Positions 14,266 to 28,308 of a stretch of 64,000 nt of DNA are shown here, piece by piece; the stretch's first letter is position 1; each line of letters begins with the position of its first letter. Source of the stretch: Haliotis rubra (Eukaryota); contig NW_025766958.1 in assembly GCF_003918875.1 (NCBI RefSeq), positions 1,116,001 to 1,180,000 on the forward strand, in the 5' to 3' direction. The notes below the pieces were generated by a model. The model was not told the DNA's origin and made no database searches. It saw only the letters and a list, made by a program, of their open reading frames with translations. Made by a program: the position numbers and the translations under genes.

Positions 14266-15265
14266 TCAGAACTGAAATGGCGTCTGATTACTGATCCTAA
14301 ATTTGAGAACTATGTTCTTGAACTGTGTTTGTTTTAGCCCAACCCAGTTGTTCCTGCTCATGTTCTTGGAAACGTCATTCATCATAATCAGTTTGACCTC
14401 ACTGATTCGTGGAGCAATGATATGTTGTACACAGTAATAACATACCTGGTGGTCAGGTGCAAATGATAAACAGATACACTGTCTATTTGCTGATTTTGAT
14501 TAGGACTGACATGGTTGTGCATGATGCAATTGAGCGTGACGGTACGGCTATGGTGTGGTTGTCAGTAGGTAGCTGCATTGATTACAACACAGTATATGGG
14601 ACTTGACTATGACATGGTTGTCAGCAATTCTACACAGTGCAATGGGACTGTCTATATAATGGTTGTCAGTGATTACAACATAGCATGACAAAACCATTTC
14701 TGTCATGTCAGCAATTACGCCTTAGCACGACGAAACAGTCTGTCATGGTTGCAGGTTCCCCTGACCTGAGCATGACGATCGAGAAATGTTTCTGACTGAA
14801 ACTCACATGAAATCAATACGTGGCCCAGCTATAACATGCATGCATGTATTTGATCTTACTCAGGTTGTATTTGTTGTACTTGCATCTGTATTGTGATGCA
14901 TATTGTATGTAGTTCAAGTGTTTATAGTTCAAGGTTAATGTATGCCTGTCTGTCATTGCCTATGCTCTGACAATAAAGGTTGTTCATATTATAGATGAAA
15001 TAGACACAGGAAGGTGTCAATTTCAGACCTATTGATATGCAGCTCTGATTCATTCAGATAAAGGTCAACATCACAACTGAATAAGTTAATACAACCAAGT
15101 TCAGCTGTGAAATGTTTAAAATTTATAATTTAAAATTTATATTTTATTTTTTGAAACTTTTGGATGGAATTTTTCTTTTTATGTTGACATCAATTGGAAT
15201 ATAAAATAGGAATATGATTTTCTAAATAATCTGCAACAAATAATTGTAACATGTTAGATGTGTGA

Positions 15266-15445
15266 ATGAGTGAGCTTAGTGTTACTGCTATATGGCGGTG
15301 GTCGGTAAATAGCATCGATCTACGCAATTGGGATCTGATGACGTGTCATCCATGTCAGGAAGTCTGACAACCCGATACTGTTAGTCACCTCGTACGACAA
15401 GCATTGGTTACAGAAGACCAATTCGAATCCGGATCTTCACGGGTA
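15266..15445 (-). mobile_element. Family 2 retroposon (internally deleted)
   Basis: Reverse-complement match to 29595-29848. Confidence 0.75.
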
Positions 15446-15865
15446 TGTTAGATGTGACTTAACAAAGTATGAAGGACAAACTTGCTCTGAATGCAGTGAA
15501 GTTTGACATAAATCAGGACAAAGCGTGTGTTCATCTGCTATTGATTTGAAACAGCTGGTGCCACCAGTCATACTGAAACAAATGAACATCGACAGTTTTA
15601 TTGACATATTGTGACAGTTATTGTAAGTATGAGCCAGAAACAGCACTATGTAATTCAGTATGAGGTTAATGGTGATCTGAACAGTACATGTCGATTTCCC
15701 GTACTCATGTGATGTTGGTGCATCTGGAAAAATAGAACTATGACAAACATTTGTATTAATGCTTAAGCTTAATTCAGCCTTCATAAAAATTAGAAAAGTC
15801 GTGTTTTCTTTTTTTGTTGTTGTTGAAAATAGTAACTTGGAGTTAGTTAGAAAAGCTAGTTTAAA

Positions 15866-16029
15866 TGAGTGAGTAAGTGAGTTTTACGCCGCTTTTAGCA
15901 ATATTCCAGCAATATCACGGCGGGGACACCAGATATGGGCTTCACACATTGTACCCATGTGGGGAAACGAACCTGGGTCTTCGGCGTGATGAGCGAACGC
16001 TTTAACCATTAGGCTACCCCACTGCCCCC
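15866..16029 (-). mobile_element. tRNA-derived SINE family 1
   Basis: Full-length match to consensus. Confidence 0.9.
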
Positions 16030-18953
16030 ACTTTAAAGGAAGGTTTATCTATAGTGAAGTTTAACAAATTTACATGAGTCGTATGAAGTACAACCTGTAT
16101 TCCACACCCGGTCGATGGTGACAATGGTCATGTTACGAAGACTAACGCCTAATATGGATGACACAAATCTTCCCGAAGCCAGATTCATCCATCACACTTT
16201 GTACACTTGTTATGTCTATGGTAGTTTACAGTGACTTACAACCGGATGAACTTTTCCAACATATGAGAAAGAGGAGAAATTATTGAAATTACTGTCAAAA
16301 TGATGAATAAGATATTTTAATTTGACAAGTGGAGTTATTTTGCAATATCCAGAGGAATGTAAATTGACCAAACAGACAATACACTTATTGTCATAGCAAC
16401 TGTTCAGGTAAACTGCTGCACCAAAGACACCCCATCAATGTTGATATCAGCAATGTTTTAATAACAATCAATTCTGTTGCCACAACAGTGTCTATCAACA
16501 TGTCTTTTACGCTCCATCACAGACAACAGTTAAGCCAATCACATGATCATGGAATGCCAGTGTGGAACCATAAAGGACAATTTGTCAGCACCAAGACCTT
16601 TCTTTTCCCTTCTGAGACAACAGACAGAAGTGTTATAGTCATTACAATGTTTTGGAAGGAAAAAAGTGTTAAGAGAGAACAATGCATTCAAGGCTGCATT
16701 TCTGGAGGTTTTCCAACTATTTGCGAAAATATGTTTTTGCCAATTACTGAAGATTTGCTAATCAAACAGGTGCATACGTAATCAGATTAATGGTGTCTGC
16801 TGATAACATTATAATATTTTGCTGCATTTGGTTTTTAATTTTAATATACTGTTAGATTGCACAGAGTAGGACAATTTATGTTTTTGAGTTTATGAATTAA
16901 TAATTTATATGATATCTTACACTCCAATTACATAGTATTCACAAAATAAAATGTTTAAAGGTTAAAGAATAAAACTGAAATATGAAATCTTTTTAATGAA
17001 GATATTAAGAAATTTCAAAAAGAAGTAAGTTGTTGGTCAAATTTTGACATGTACACATTGAACAGTTGTGTAAACTTATTATCCTTGCAGCAACAACAAA
17101 TCATGCTGTCGTATGTTTGGGATCTCGGATCTAGCTATGTCCTTCCCATAAATCGACACCAACTTTGGGGAAGGGCTGGCATACCACAAATAAATACAAC
17201 CAAGCTTGATCCAAACAGCTTGAATATTTCAGATTGCGGCATGATCAGAACTGATATCTGTCTAAGGTTGACTCATGCTTGAAGTTTGAAAGTGGGGTGA
17301 TTCAGGGGTCGTACCTGGGTCCCCCTCCATTAGAAAATTTATCATATAGATAGCTCAGCAACTGAATTTTCTAAAGGTAATAAAATAAAAAATTGCTAAT
17401 GTTAATTTGGATAAACAAGTGCCATTTAAGATTCTTTTGATGCCTTGTTTGGTTTGAATTATTCAGGCTAATGGTTTTGATACCAGCTGTTATAAATGAT
17501 AAATGTTTTGTCTTGGTTTACAAATTTGTTTGATTAAATTACTATTCTCAAGTGATGATGCAATGCGCATATTTTAATGAATTACATCTCTAATTGATGT
17601 CTTTAGCTTGGATTTGGAGATTTTACATCCCTAACATAAAATATGAGTTGAAAAAGATTGGTATTCATTTTTAAATGTCATCTATTAAGAGTGTCAATTC
17701 TATCAATAACATTCAGACTTTATTGTGTGATAACAGTGGCCATAAAAAAGATATACATTTCAGTTATGAATATTTGATACTTTCTATGCTAGTATTTTGA
17801 TCTTGGTTGATTCCAGGAATATATGAATATATTTAGCGTTGATGTTTTAAGTAAGGGACAGATGTTTCTCATCAAGATTGTTTGCATATAAATATTAGAT
17901 ATGTATACTTAATGCAAGCATAAAGATTTATCGACTCTGGGAAGCAACTGCATATTCGTGGGAAAGTAGTTGGTTTAATGATGTTGAAAATGCCGAATTA
18001 TTTTCATCAGTTTGTTATGCATGAATTCACATCAAGGTATTAGATCCATAAAATATGCTGAGAAAAAACCAGACATGCTGTTTAGAAGAAAAGGTATTTG
18101 TTAATCAAATAATGGTTAAATGAGACGAATGTTCCAGCCTGCTATAATCTACCTACATTTGAAATGAAAACCTGTAATATACAAGCGAGGTAGAGAAACA
18201 TAGTGCTGTAGTACAATAAGTTTTATCAGCTGTGAAATGTACGAGACTGAGGATGAAATAAACATCAGAAACATGCTAGACACATCTCTTGGGGCTCCGT
18301 GAGTCATACCACGGGCCACGGATCTGTTTCCATCCTTTATTGTGTGGTTGGCTAGGTAGTCTTCAGACACTTTCACGCCTTTAGGGACAAGTACTGATGG
18401 TGGTAGCCCTCTTCGTCTTTGTGTGAGAAAAAATATTTGCAATTCAGGGAATTCATGAACTGCTACTCAGCTTCAAGTATATAATGAAATTGGTTAGTTA
18501 ATTGCATGCCTTTCTGTGAAATCTTGTCATGATATTTTGTTTGGTAAGTTCATTATTTGTTTTGAGTTATCTCCCTTTTGCAATTACAAAACAGTTTGAA
18601 AATAGTTTTTTTGTGCGATAAGATAAATGTTATTTTGATGTATGTATAGAACATTTGATTCAAGTCTATGAGTTTCTGCAGCTCTTGAGAGTTATTTCAC
18701 CTTTGTATTGTGTTTGAAAGAAGGAAATGTCTTGGATTTTGTGAACCAGGATTGAACAAATATCTAATATCAAGCAACATTTTGGAATTTCGATCAAACA
18801 TGACGTGCATGCGATAATGTCAAATGCCATGAATGACCATAAGGAAATATATTCTTGTGCCCACTGCAAGTTTGATTCTAAGTCATTAGAAGTTTCAGAT
18901 AACTGTGTTCTGCTGCGTTGTTTATCAATGTTTCAGTTACTAATTGGTATATA

Positions 18954-19304
18954 CCACCTTTGTGGTGTAGTGGTTAGAGCGTCCGCCCGGAGAGCGGAAG
19001 GTCGCGGGTTCGATCCCCGACCGCGTCATACCAAAAGACGTTAAAATATGGTACTTGTTGGTCCTTGCCTGGCGCGCGGCATTAATGGGTAGAACAAGGA
19101 CTGGTTGACTCAGAGTCAGTATAATGTGTCTGAGTGGGGTATTCATGCTTCACTGCGGCATGGTATCTCAGTGAGCTAGCACTATAAAACCAGCTTAAGT
19201 CTGGGCTAGTACAAGCAGCCGCACATACACACGCATGCACGTCGTCATATGAGCGAAATATTCTCAAGCACGACGTAAAACCCAATTTCACCTCACCTCA
19301 CCTC
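18954..19304 (+). mobile_element. Full-length tRNA-headed SINE with V-domain-like core (family 3)
   Basis: A box TGTAGTGGTTAGA, B box GGTTCGATCCC, core gtcataccaaaagacgttaaaatatggtac...gcctggcgcgcggcattaa, (CACCT)n tail, TSD actaattg.tata. Confidence 0.8.
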
Positions 19305-19438
19305 ACTAATTGCTATAAATACACACAGACTAATTCTAAGCATGGTGACTGGTTCCATGATCTTGTGCACAGAGCCTGGACCTGGCGAGCATAAAGCTGT
19401 GGTTCAATCCCTGGCAACACCATTCCAAAATACTTTAG

Positions 19439-19592
19439 AGTGAGTGAGTGAGTTTAGTTTTTAATGCCACTTTTAGCAATATTCCAGCAATATCACAGCG
19501 AGGGAAACCAGAAATGGGCTTCACACATTGCACCTATGTGGGGAATCGGTGTGACGAGTGAACGCTTTAACCACAAGGCTACCCCACCACCC
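19439..19592 (-). mobile_element. tRNA-derived SINE family 1, inside a decayed family-3-like SINE
   Basis: TSD atactttaga. Confidence 0.85.
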
Positions 19593-21529
19593 TGATACTT
19601 TAGAAGATTGTACTTGTTTCCTTGCAAAGTGACATTACACTACACCATTAAGCATAGCACAAAGGTCAATATTTCATATTTCAGTTTGTGCACACATAAT
19701 TTTGAACACTATGTTAATCTCAATTTTATCCTGCTCTAAACACAAATTAAGATGTTTCATCAAGCTTGGAATAAGTTATGTGCCTGTGGAGGTTTGACCT
19801 TCAGAGATCTGAATACATTTTATGTACCTCAGGAAGATCGTCTTCTTATGCTCGAATGTTCTTTTTCTGCAGTAAATTACTATGAAGAGCTAATCGTTTG
19901 TAAATGTGTCAGGGTAAAAATATAAATATCCACTGGAGGTGAATTTCATTGACTTGTGTAACACCACATGTTAATAAGAGTGTATTTCCAAACTGATACA
20001 GCCTACAGGATATGTTACACATATTGTGAATGACTTAAACAGGTGAACACTCATAGGGGAGTTGCACTACTAGTTGATTACTCAGAAAGTGAAAAATTTC
20101 GGGATGTTTTATAAACTCAACACCCGGGGAGTCATGATCAAAATTACGCTTAGAGGAACACGAGGATTCAGGTGTAGATTTGACCTATGGCCTTTCCATA
20201 TTTAACCTTGTAGAAAAACCTTCAGAAAGCAGCAAGGGGAAACGGCCTGGAAATAGACGCCAGATTGAAATAGAACTGACTGGATGGGTTTAACACGTTT
20301 TCGCATCTCAGGGATAATTTGTTGGATTGTTGTTTTAGATATCGTGTGATGTTCAGTGCTCTTGTTTGAGGGAACTGTTTTTTGTTAGTTATGAAAATAT
20401 GAGCAGCCATATGTACAGGTGTGATAAATGATGCTAGAATGCTCCGAGGGAGTTTCTTGTGGTTCCATGCTGTTGTTCCATGCTGTTTTGTGGAATGGTT
20501 GAGAGTTTTTTCAGGTTTTCGGGTTTTTTTTGTTATCCAGTAACTTGGTCGTATGATATAGTTACATGTTACACTTAGATGTCTTGTAACCATGTCTTGA
20601 TACATGCGAATAGTATTAATAGATTCAGTATTATAAGATGCATTCAACTAGTTTCAATACACAAATTATAATTGGATACTTGCTATATTTGTTAATAGAT
20701 TCAGTGTTACTAGATACCTGTAAATAGCTTTAATGGATACAGTTTATTAGATACATACAAATAGTGTTTATAGATTTAGCATTGCAACATCTGTTCATGG
20801 TCTTTGAGACACATCAGGAGAATTGATGTGTCAAAATGGATTTAAGTTAATTTTAGAAATGTTTTACGAGTAAGATATTGCAGTTGTGTTTATAATATGA
20901 CAAATTCTCATAATTGATGATTGCTTCATTACAACCGATCAATCATTGAAAATAATTTCTTAGTGTCATTGATGAAATTTGTTAATGCACAAAAAAATAA
21001 GGAAAAAACATGTAGTTCTTTGGGTTTTTTTTTTCAGAATTTGACATCTTTAAATAATGACTAGTATGTTAGGAACATAAATTTCTTGGAGCCTTTAAGA
21101 TAAATTCAATCATGACTTGGAACAAGCTTGTAGTGGGTATGAATGTAACAGACAAAACCAACCTTGTGAAAAATATTGTTAATGAAAACAAGTGTTACAG
21201 AATTGTTTGTGTTCGATTATGAGAAAACATGATCGATTGCTTGGTCGTTTAGTCACTGCGAGCAATCTTCGATTATTTTAATTCATCGGACCACCACTAG
21301 TACTAACTAGATGCACAGTGTCTGTGGTGTAAGTGACAGGTTTGAAGTCAGGACTAGGTATGGGTGATACATGACCTCATCCTGAAACAACCTGGCTATG
21401 CCTCGAGGATTTGCCAGAAATTGTTTTCTGCTAGTTGTATTTTACATGAGTCAGTGACTTACAGTTCCTGAGATAAACATGACAAGTGGTAGCTTAACTG
21501 ACAGACATTGATTTGTTATGTGGGTGGAG

Positions 21530-23265
21530 ACAGGCTACCAAGTGCATGGGCTACCAATTACCTATGCTACCGAGTATTCAGACAACCTACGCTACCAATT
21601 GCCTGGGCTACTGAGTACCATGACTATCAAGACTTAGTACCCAGACTACCTAGGCTACTGATTGCCTTTGGCTACTGTGTACCAAGACTACCTAGGCTAC
21701 CAAGTGCCTGGGCTACTATGTACCAAGACTACTTAGGCTACTGATTGCCCGGGATACTTTGTACCTAGACTACCTAGGCTACTGATTGCCCGGGATACTT
21801 TGTACCTAGACTACCTAGGCTACTGATTTCCCAGGCTACTGTGTACCAGACTACCTAGGCTACTGATTGTCCAGGCTACTGTGTACCAGACTACCTAGGC
21901 TACTGATTGCCCAGGCTACTGTGTACCCACCCAGACTACCTAGGCTACTGATTGCCCAGGCTACTGTGTACCAGACTACCTAGGCTACTGATTGTCCAGG
22001 CTACTGTGTACCAGACTACCTAGGCTACTGATTGCCCAGGCTACTGTGTACCCACCCAGACTACCTAGGCTACTGATTGCCCAGGCTACTGTGTACCAGA
22101 CTACCTAGGCTACTGATTGTCCAGGCTACTGTGTACCAGACTACCTAGGCTACTGATTGCCCAGGCTACTGTGTACCTAAGACTACCTAGGCTACTGATT
22201 GCCCAGGCTACTGTGTACCAGACTACCTAGGCTACTGATTGCCCCAGGCTACTGTGTACCAGACTACCTAGGCTACTGATTGCCCAGGCTACTGTGTACC
22301 CACCCAGACTACCTAGGCTACTGATTGCCCAGGCTACTGTGTACCAGACTACCTAGGCTACTGATTGCCCAGGCTACTGTGTACCAGACTACCTAGGCTA
22401 CTGATTGCCCAGGCTACTGTGTACCAGACTACCTAGGCTACTGATTGCCCAGGCTACTGTGTACCAGACTACCTAGGGCTACTGATTTGCCCCAGGCTAC
22501 TGTGTACCAGACTACCTAGGCTACTGATTGCCCAGGCTACTGTGTACCAGACTACCTAGGCTACTGATTGCCCAGGCTACTGTGTACCAGACTACCTAGG
22601 CTACTGATTGTCCAGGCTACTGTGTACCTGACTACCTAGGCTACTGATTGCCCAGGCTACTGTGACTGTACCAGACTACTATTGCCCCGCTACTGTGTAC
22701 CAGGACTGCCAGGCTACTGTGTACCCTGACTACCTAGGGCTACTGATTGTCCTGGCTACTGTGTACCAGACTACCTAGGCTACTGATTGCCCAGGCTACT
22801 GTGTACCTGACTACCTAGGCTACTGATTGTCCAGGCTACTGTGTACCAGACTACCTAGGCTACTGATTGTCCAGGCTACTGTGTACCAGACTACCTAGGC
22901 TACTGATTGTCCAGGCTACTGACTACCTAGGCTACTGATTGTCCAGGCTACTGTGTACCTGACTACCTAGGCTACTGATTGTCCAGGCTACTGTGTACCT
23001 AGACTACCTAGGCTACTGATTGCCCCGGCTACTGTGTACCTGACTACCTAGGCTACTGATTGCCCAGGCTACTGTGACTACCTAGGCTACTGATTGCCCC
23101 GGCTACTGTGTACCCAGACTACCTAGGCTACTGATTGTCCAGGCTACTGTGTACCAGACTACCTAGGCTACTGATTGTCCAGGCTACTGTGTACCAGACT
23201 ACCTAGGCTACTGATTGTCCAGGCTACTGTGTACCTGACTACCTAGGCTACTGATTGCCCTGGCA
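21530..23265. repeat. 40-bp minisatellite/satellite array (~1.7 kb)
   Basis: Unit AGACTACCT-AGGCTACTGATTGCCC-AGGCTACTGTGTACC. Degenerate 5' edge, homogeneous core. Confidence 0.97.
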
Positions 23266-24449
23266 GCCAAGCACCTGGTCAGATAGACAATGTTGTCTAC
23301 GCAGGTTGAAGCTGAGATACCTGGATCAATGATGGCAAGAATTAGAAAATCTTGGAATAAAATGAATATGAGCAAAACATGAACATATTTCTGAAAGTCC
23401 TTGCTGCCTAAAAGGTGTATTGAGCTTACTGCAAGATCAGCATGAATTGTTAGATAACCTAGTCTGTGTTCGAAAGTGAGTCATTTCTGAATCCTAAAGA
23501 AAATGCACTGATACAGCTCCATCTCTGTTATACATTGTAAAGAAGGTAAGACCCGGCAGCCATCTTGAACCCATCCTATCCCTATCGCAAACTGAAATTA
23601 TCCTCTTGCTTTCTATTAAATTTTTATGTGGTTAGGAAATTTCTTTTGTCAAATTAGTGCAAAGTAATTCAGTCTTCATGAATTCATTTTGAAGTTTCTC
23701 TAATAACTGGCAGAGGCTGTCTAAAATAGAAACTCTTTATCTTGGTAATATTTGTTTACTGAATAAATAGGGTTTTAAGTTTGCACTAACCTGTATCAGT
23801 TAATCTAATGTTAAACGTATCCCTAGGGCAAGCAGAATTTTATAGAGAGTGTTGTATTTTTTTGAGGATGTGTTTATGTGTGTGGTTGTTTGCGGTTAGG
23901 AAATATTTCTCGGTACTTTTTTATTCTGAAAGCAGTTTCTGAGTGAATAGGTCCTGTTTGCTGAGGAAGGATTCTGCTTTCATTTTGTATGTGTCGATGG
24001 TCATGTCTTACAAACCAGTGATAATACGAAACAATGACGGTGAGTTTCGGAAGGCAGGGTGGAAGAAACAGATGCCACGAGCATCAGATGACCTTCGGGA
24101 AGAATCATGTTTTCATGCACAGGGAGTAGTCATATAGCCCTGGTAGAGTTCTCACAATATTTTGTTACAATGGTCGAAAGGCCATAGAAGTCTTGTTGTG
24201 TCGTGTGAATCATGGAGTGAGAAGCGTTGTTTTGACAGATCCCTGTTTCTGCAGCAGGATTTTTGTGGATGCTTAACCATTGAATTTTGTTTGTATGGTA
24301 ATATTATCTCATTGCAAATCTGGTTTGATAATTATATATTTTACAATTTGATTTTGACAGAAGTTTCTGTAACCATGAATGTTTTTAAAAATCATGATAA
24401 TGAATTATTTAAAAAATGTACTTCATCAGTACAAGTCAAGATAAAAGAT

Positions 24450-24608
24450 GGGGCGGTTGGGTAGCCAAGTGGTTAAAGTGTTTGCTCTTCACGCTGAAGA
24501 CCCGGGTTTGATTCCCCACATGGGTACAATGTGTGAAAACCATTTCTGGTGTTCCCCACCGTGATATTGCTGGAATACTGCTAAAAGCTGCATAAAACCA
24601 AACTCACT
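24450..24608 (+). mobile_element. tRNA-derived SINE family 1
   Basis: Full-length, TSD tcaagat..aagat. Confidence 0.9.
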
Positions 24609-26625
24609 CAAGATTGAAGATTCAATGTGGTAATGATACTTGAAATAACAATTGTATTGCAGAACATATCTTTATGATCCATTAAAATATTCCTGAGATA
24701 CTCTGATCATTGCTATTCTTTTTATAAAATTCAAGCATAAACTGACAGCTTTGCCTATGAATCCATGTACTGTACAGTGCTCTTCGCTATATGGGGAGTT
24801 ACTCTACCTTGGCATAGGTACAGCACAGAAATATGCTTCTTTCAGAGATAAAAACTTCTCACCGTTGTTTGCATTTGTAACATGAAGAAAATAATCTCTT
24901 GAGAAATCACTCGTACAACATTGAATAAAGAAAAACAAATTAGAAAACATTTTCCATCTCAACCCAGAAGGCAGAGCAGCTTAACCTGTGCCATCTTGAC
25001 ATGCCCAGGGGAGATAACTACCGACATCTGCCACCAAAGCAATCATGCACATTCTGCGTGCATGTGTAGTTGTCAACGATGTTATGAAGATGGTGGAGTT
25101 CATTAATACTGCACCTGAGGAGGAGTCTGTCTTCATTTTGTCTGTGCAGGACATTTGGATTCTGTGGAATGATCTTTAGTTAAGCAATAAATAGCAGGAT
25201 TGGGGTTGGTTTGAGGCCGTTGTAGGAATGATGGGATGATGTTAGTGCTGTTGATTTAGCTTGCAGGGTTTGAGTTGTACATTTGGCACTATTTCACGTC
25301 TGCTTTGCGGATGTCAAGGTCATTATCCAGAGGGATTGGCTCATTTTCCTTGTGCTATAATGGAAGAACGAAAATGCAGCCATTGCCTATTCTGCCTATT
25401 TTTGTGTAGGTCTGGATGTTTTTTTGCATCCTGCTTTGGAAAATGAAACATTGTTTTTGTGTAATTACAGTAATCAAATAATGTGAAATTGGTCGATATG
25501 GTGTGCGGTGGCAGATGAGTTATTTGAAGCCTGATTCCAATTTTCATGGACTGCTGCTTATTCTGAGAACATTCCCTCTTTAACATTTAGGAATTTAGGA
25601 ATAACTTGAATTAAAAAAATGAGGTAATTTGGGGAAATCTGAAAATTATATCAAGGGATATATTTGTATGATTAAATCAGATTTGGAGTCAATGTTTCAT
25701 GGAATGATTTTGCCAATAAATGAGGTAGCTAATGACATCACTTTCATGTTGAATCTAGAAGTTCTGGGACCTTGCTTTTTATCCTTTCGTGAATTTCTGG
25801 TTGACTGCAGTTTGAAGCAAGTCATTTACTTATCGACTAGGCAAGTCTTTAATCTCGAAACATTGATTCAGATGTGCACTAGAGGTGCATGTAAATTGAT
25901 ATCTGACATCTTTCTCCAATTATACATCCATTCTCCATCTCAACTGCTCATCCCATCCTTCTTCCAAGGACAGGTTTACCTTCAATAACAAGGCTGAACG
26001 GACTGACGAGGGTAATATCAGTCATATTGCTGACATGTAAGCCCATTTAGTCTGATCAATGTTGTACCCAGACCTTGGACACAATGAACAGTGGTAGACA
26101 GTGGTTACACAAACCCTTTAGTCTTTAGTCTGTAGTCTGTAGTCTGCCTCGTCAGAAGGTATTTCTACCAGGTATTTCTACATTTATCATCCAAAACTGG
26201 CTTCTGAAGGAGATATGCTTGGGGAGATGAAGTGATACCTTCTGTGAGTAAGTAAGTTAAAATTTGACATTGCATCAGCCTATTTCAGCCATTTAGCGAC
26301 TCCTCGAGACATTACTGTAATGATAGTACACTACAATGAGTTGCATGATGTCACAATCAAATGACATTGCTATTCCCTTGGCCACTGAGGTTGTCAGTTG
26401 CACTATTTATACTCAAGACACACAATGTCAACTGATGTCTGTGACAATGGGATGCCGTATTTTACATTCAGTGAATTCCTGCACTTGATTTTGTTGATTT
26501 TATGAAATTGAAAACAGTTTTGACATTCTTAAGTTTAAATTCATCTCTCACAATTAGACTTCCATGATGGTATTAAGCAAGTTCATATATAAAAGCAGTG
26601 CCTGTCCCAGATCGCTAAAATTCTG

Positions 26626-26732
26626 GGCCTAGATTTTCGAAGCTCTCTTAGCGCTAAGATAGTTGTAAGTTAATGTTAATGTATGGCACTTACGACTATC
26701 TTAGCGTTAAGAGGGCTTCGAAAATCCAGGCC
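26626..26732. mobile_element. 107-bp hairpin MITE, PIF/Harbinger-like, inserted in a SINE remnant
   Basis: Near-perfect arms of about 45 bp. 3-bp CTG TSD deduced from the SINE empty site ttCTGgtgtc. Confidence 0.8.
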
Positions 26733-27667
26733 CTGGTGTCTCCCACTGAGATATTGCTGGAATATTGCTAAAAGAGGCATAAAACTAACCTCACTCACAC
26801 ACACAGATCAGTGATAATCTTACACTCAGTGACATTATTAATCGTTTCAAAGTAAGAAACTGCTCCACCTATTCCTTTATTTTGCTTCTTCAGATGCATG
26901 TTTATTCAAATGACACTGTTAAGAAGTTTTTAAACAAGATTCCAATCACAATTTTTTTCCAGAAACTTAAACTAAGATCTTGTAGAATAAACACATGATT
27001 TAACCCGACTTCAAGAAGCGGTAGACATTCCGACGTTTCACATAACACTATACCAGGCTTCTCTTCCGCTACGCCAGGGAATCTCTCACAGACATTGTTA
27101 GTATAAATGTAGTGATGGCAACCGTTCCTGGGTTCTTGTTATTGCATAGGAGCATCCAAATTTGGCTGAGGGAGTGTAGGCCAATTTGAGGAACTTGTAA
27201 ACTTGTAACTCTAGACACTGAGCATGTCTGGGTTGGTTACGACTCATTTCGAAATGAAGGTGTTTATATCTCGGCTCTTGAAGTCTGTAGGTAATTGATG
27301 TTAAACTTGTTTATTGATCCTGATGAAATATCTCTGAAATATCTTGGCAATGTCAGTTGAAATGGTTCTAGAGATTATGAGTCAATTTATAATTGAAATG
27401 CTAAATCTTTTTAGCTGTTCTATTTAATATTATATAATTATTTAGAAACAGTGTTTGGATGTAAATGTTTTGGCCTGAGAACATTAGTGATAATTGCTCT
27501 AAAAGTATTATTAAACGATTCAAATAAGGGAAACAATCTTATGTTGAAGTATCTGATTATGTTTCTTGTACTGTAAGTAAATAGTGAAATACCAGGACAT
27601 AATATTCTGTCTGAAATATCAAGCTCAACTAAACCAGATTTTCAGTTGTTGTATTTCCAATATAGAC

Positions 27668-27850
27668 ACTTTATGGATAACAACCTCTATAGTTGTGAGT
27701 GCTACATTATGATACAGAGTCTTGTACTGTTGTCAAGGAAGAATCTGTATCAAAATGTGGCACTCACAAATAAAGAAGTTGTTATTCTTAAAGTTGGCTG
27801 TATTATACTACCCACTTCTAAGATGCCACTCAAACAAGTTGTCGTGTGTC
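27668..27850. mobile_element. Penelope-like inverted pseudo-LTR remnant (imperfect palindrome 27668-27794)
   Basis: Arms of about 56 bp (27668-27723 / 27739-27794). Shares 'cacaa(a)t(a/g)aagaagttg..at.c.taaa' with the sequence after the hammerhead at 36570-36595. Confidence 0.5.
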
Positions 27851-27900
27851 AAACAAGTTTCCAAGAAGATGCCTATCTAGATGGAAGTTCCATTGACTCT

Positions 27901-28067
27901 GGGGGCTGTGGGGTAGCCTAATGGTTAAAGCGTTGGCTCGTCATGCCGAAGACCCGGGTTCGAATCCCCACATGGGTACAATGTGTGCAGCCCATTTCTG
28001 GTGTCCCCCGCCGTGATGTTGCTGGAATATTGCTAAAAGCGGCGTAAAACTAAACTAACTCACTCAC
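27901..28067 (+). mobile_element. tRNA-derived SINE family 1
   Basis: Full-length, TSD tccattgact. Confidence 0.9.
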
Positions 28068-28308
28068 TCCATTGACTGGATTCAGAGAGGTTACTTTGTC
28101 AGGCATGATTCATGGGCAGTTCTAGATGACCACAGCATCAGACAGCTGGAGGCCATATGATTGTCCTGGAATGAAGCCAGCAGGTCAGGGAGAACAGACG
28201 TATGTTACACCTATTATTGAGAAATATATATTTACAAGAATTATGTGTTTCTGAAAATGGTAAATGGTCATGTTGTTGATCGGTGACCAATGTTGAGAGC
28301 TGATTGGT

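Noticed and set aside
21530-23265. Possible CRISPR array
   Set aside because: Units are head-to-tail with no unique spacers, there are no cas genes, and the context is a eukaryotic intron.
23470-23552. AAG|GTAAGA donor with nearby TGAGTCA as an extra 5'UTR exon
   Set aside because: Isolated motifs of this length are expected by chance in 43 kb; there is no CpG or core-promoter support.
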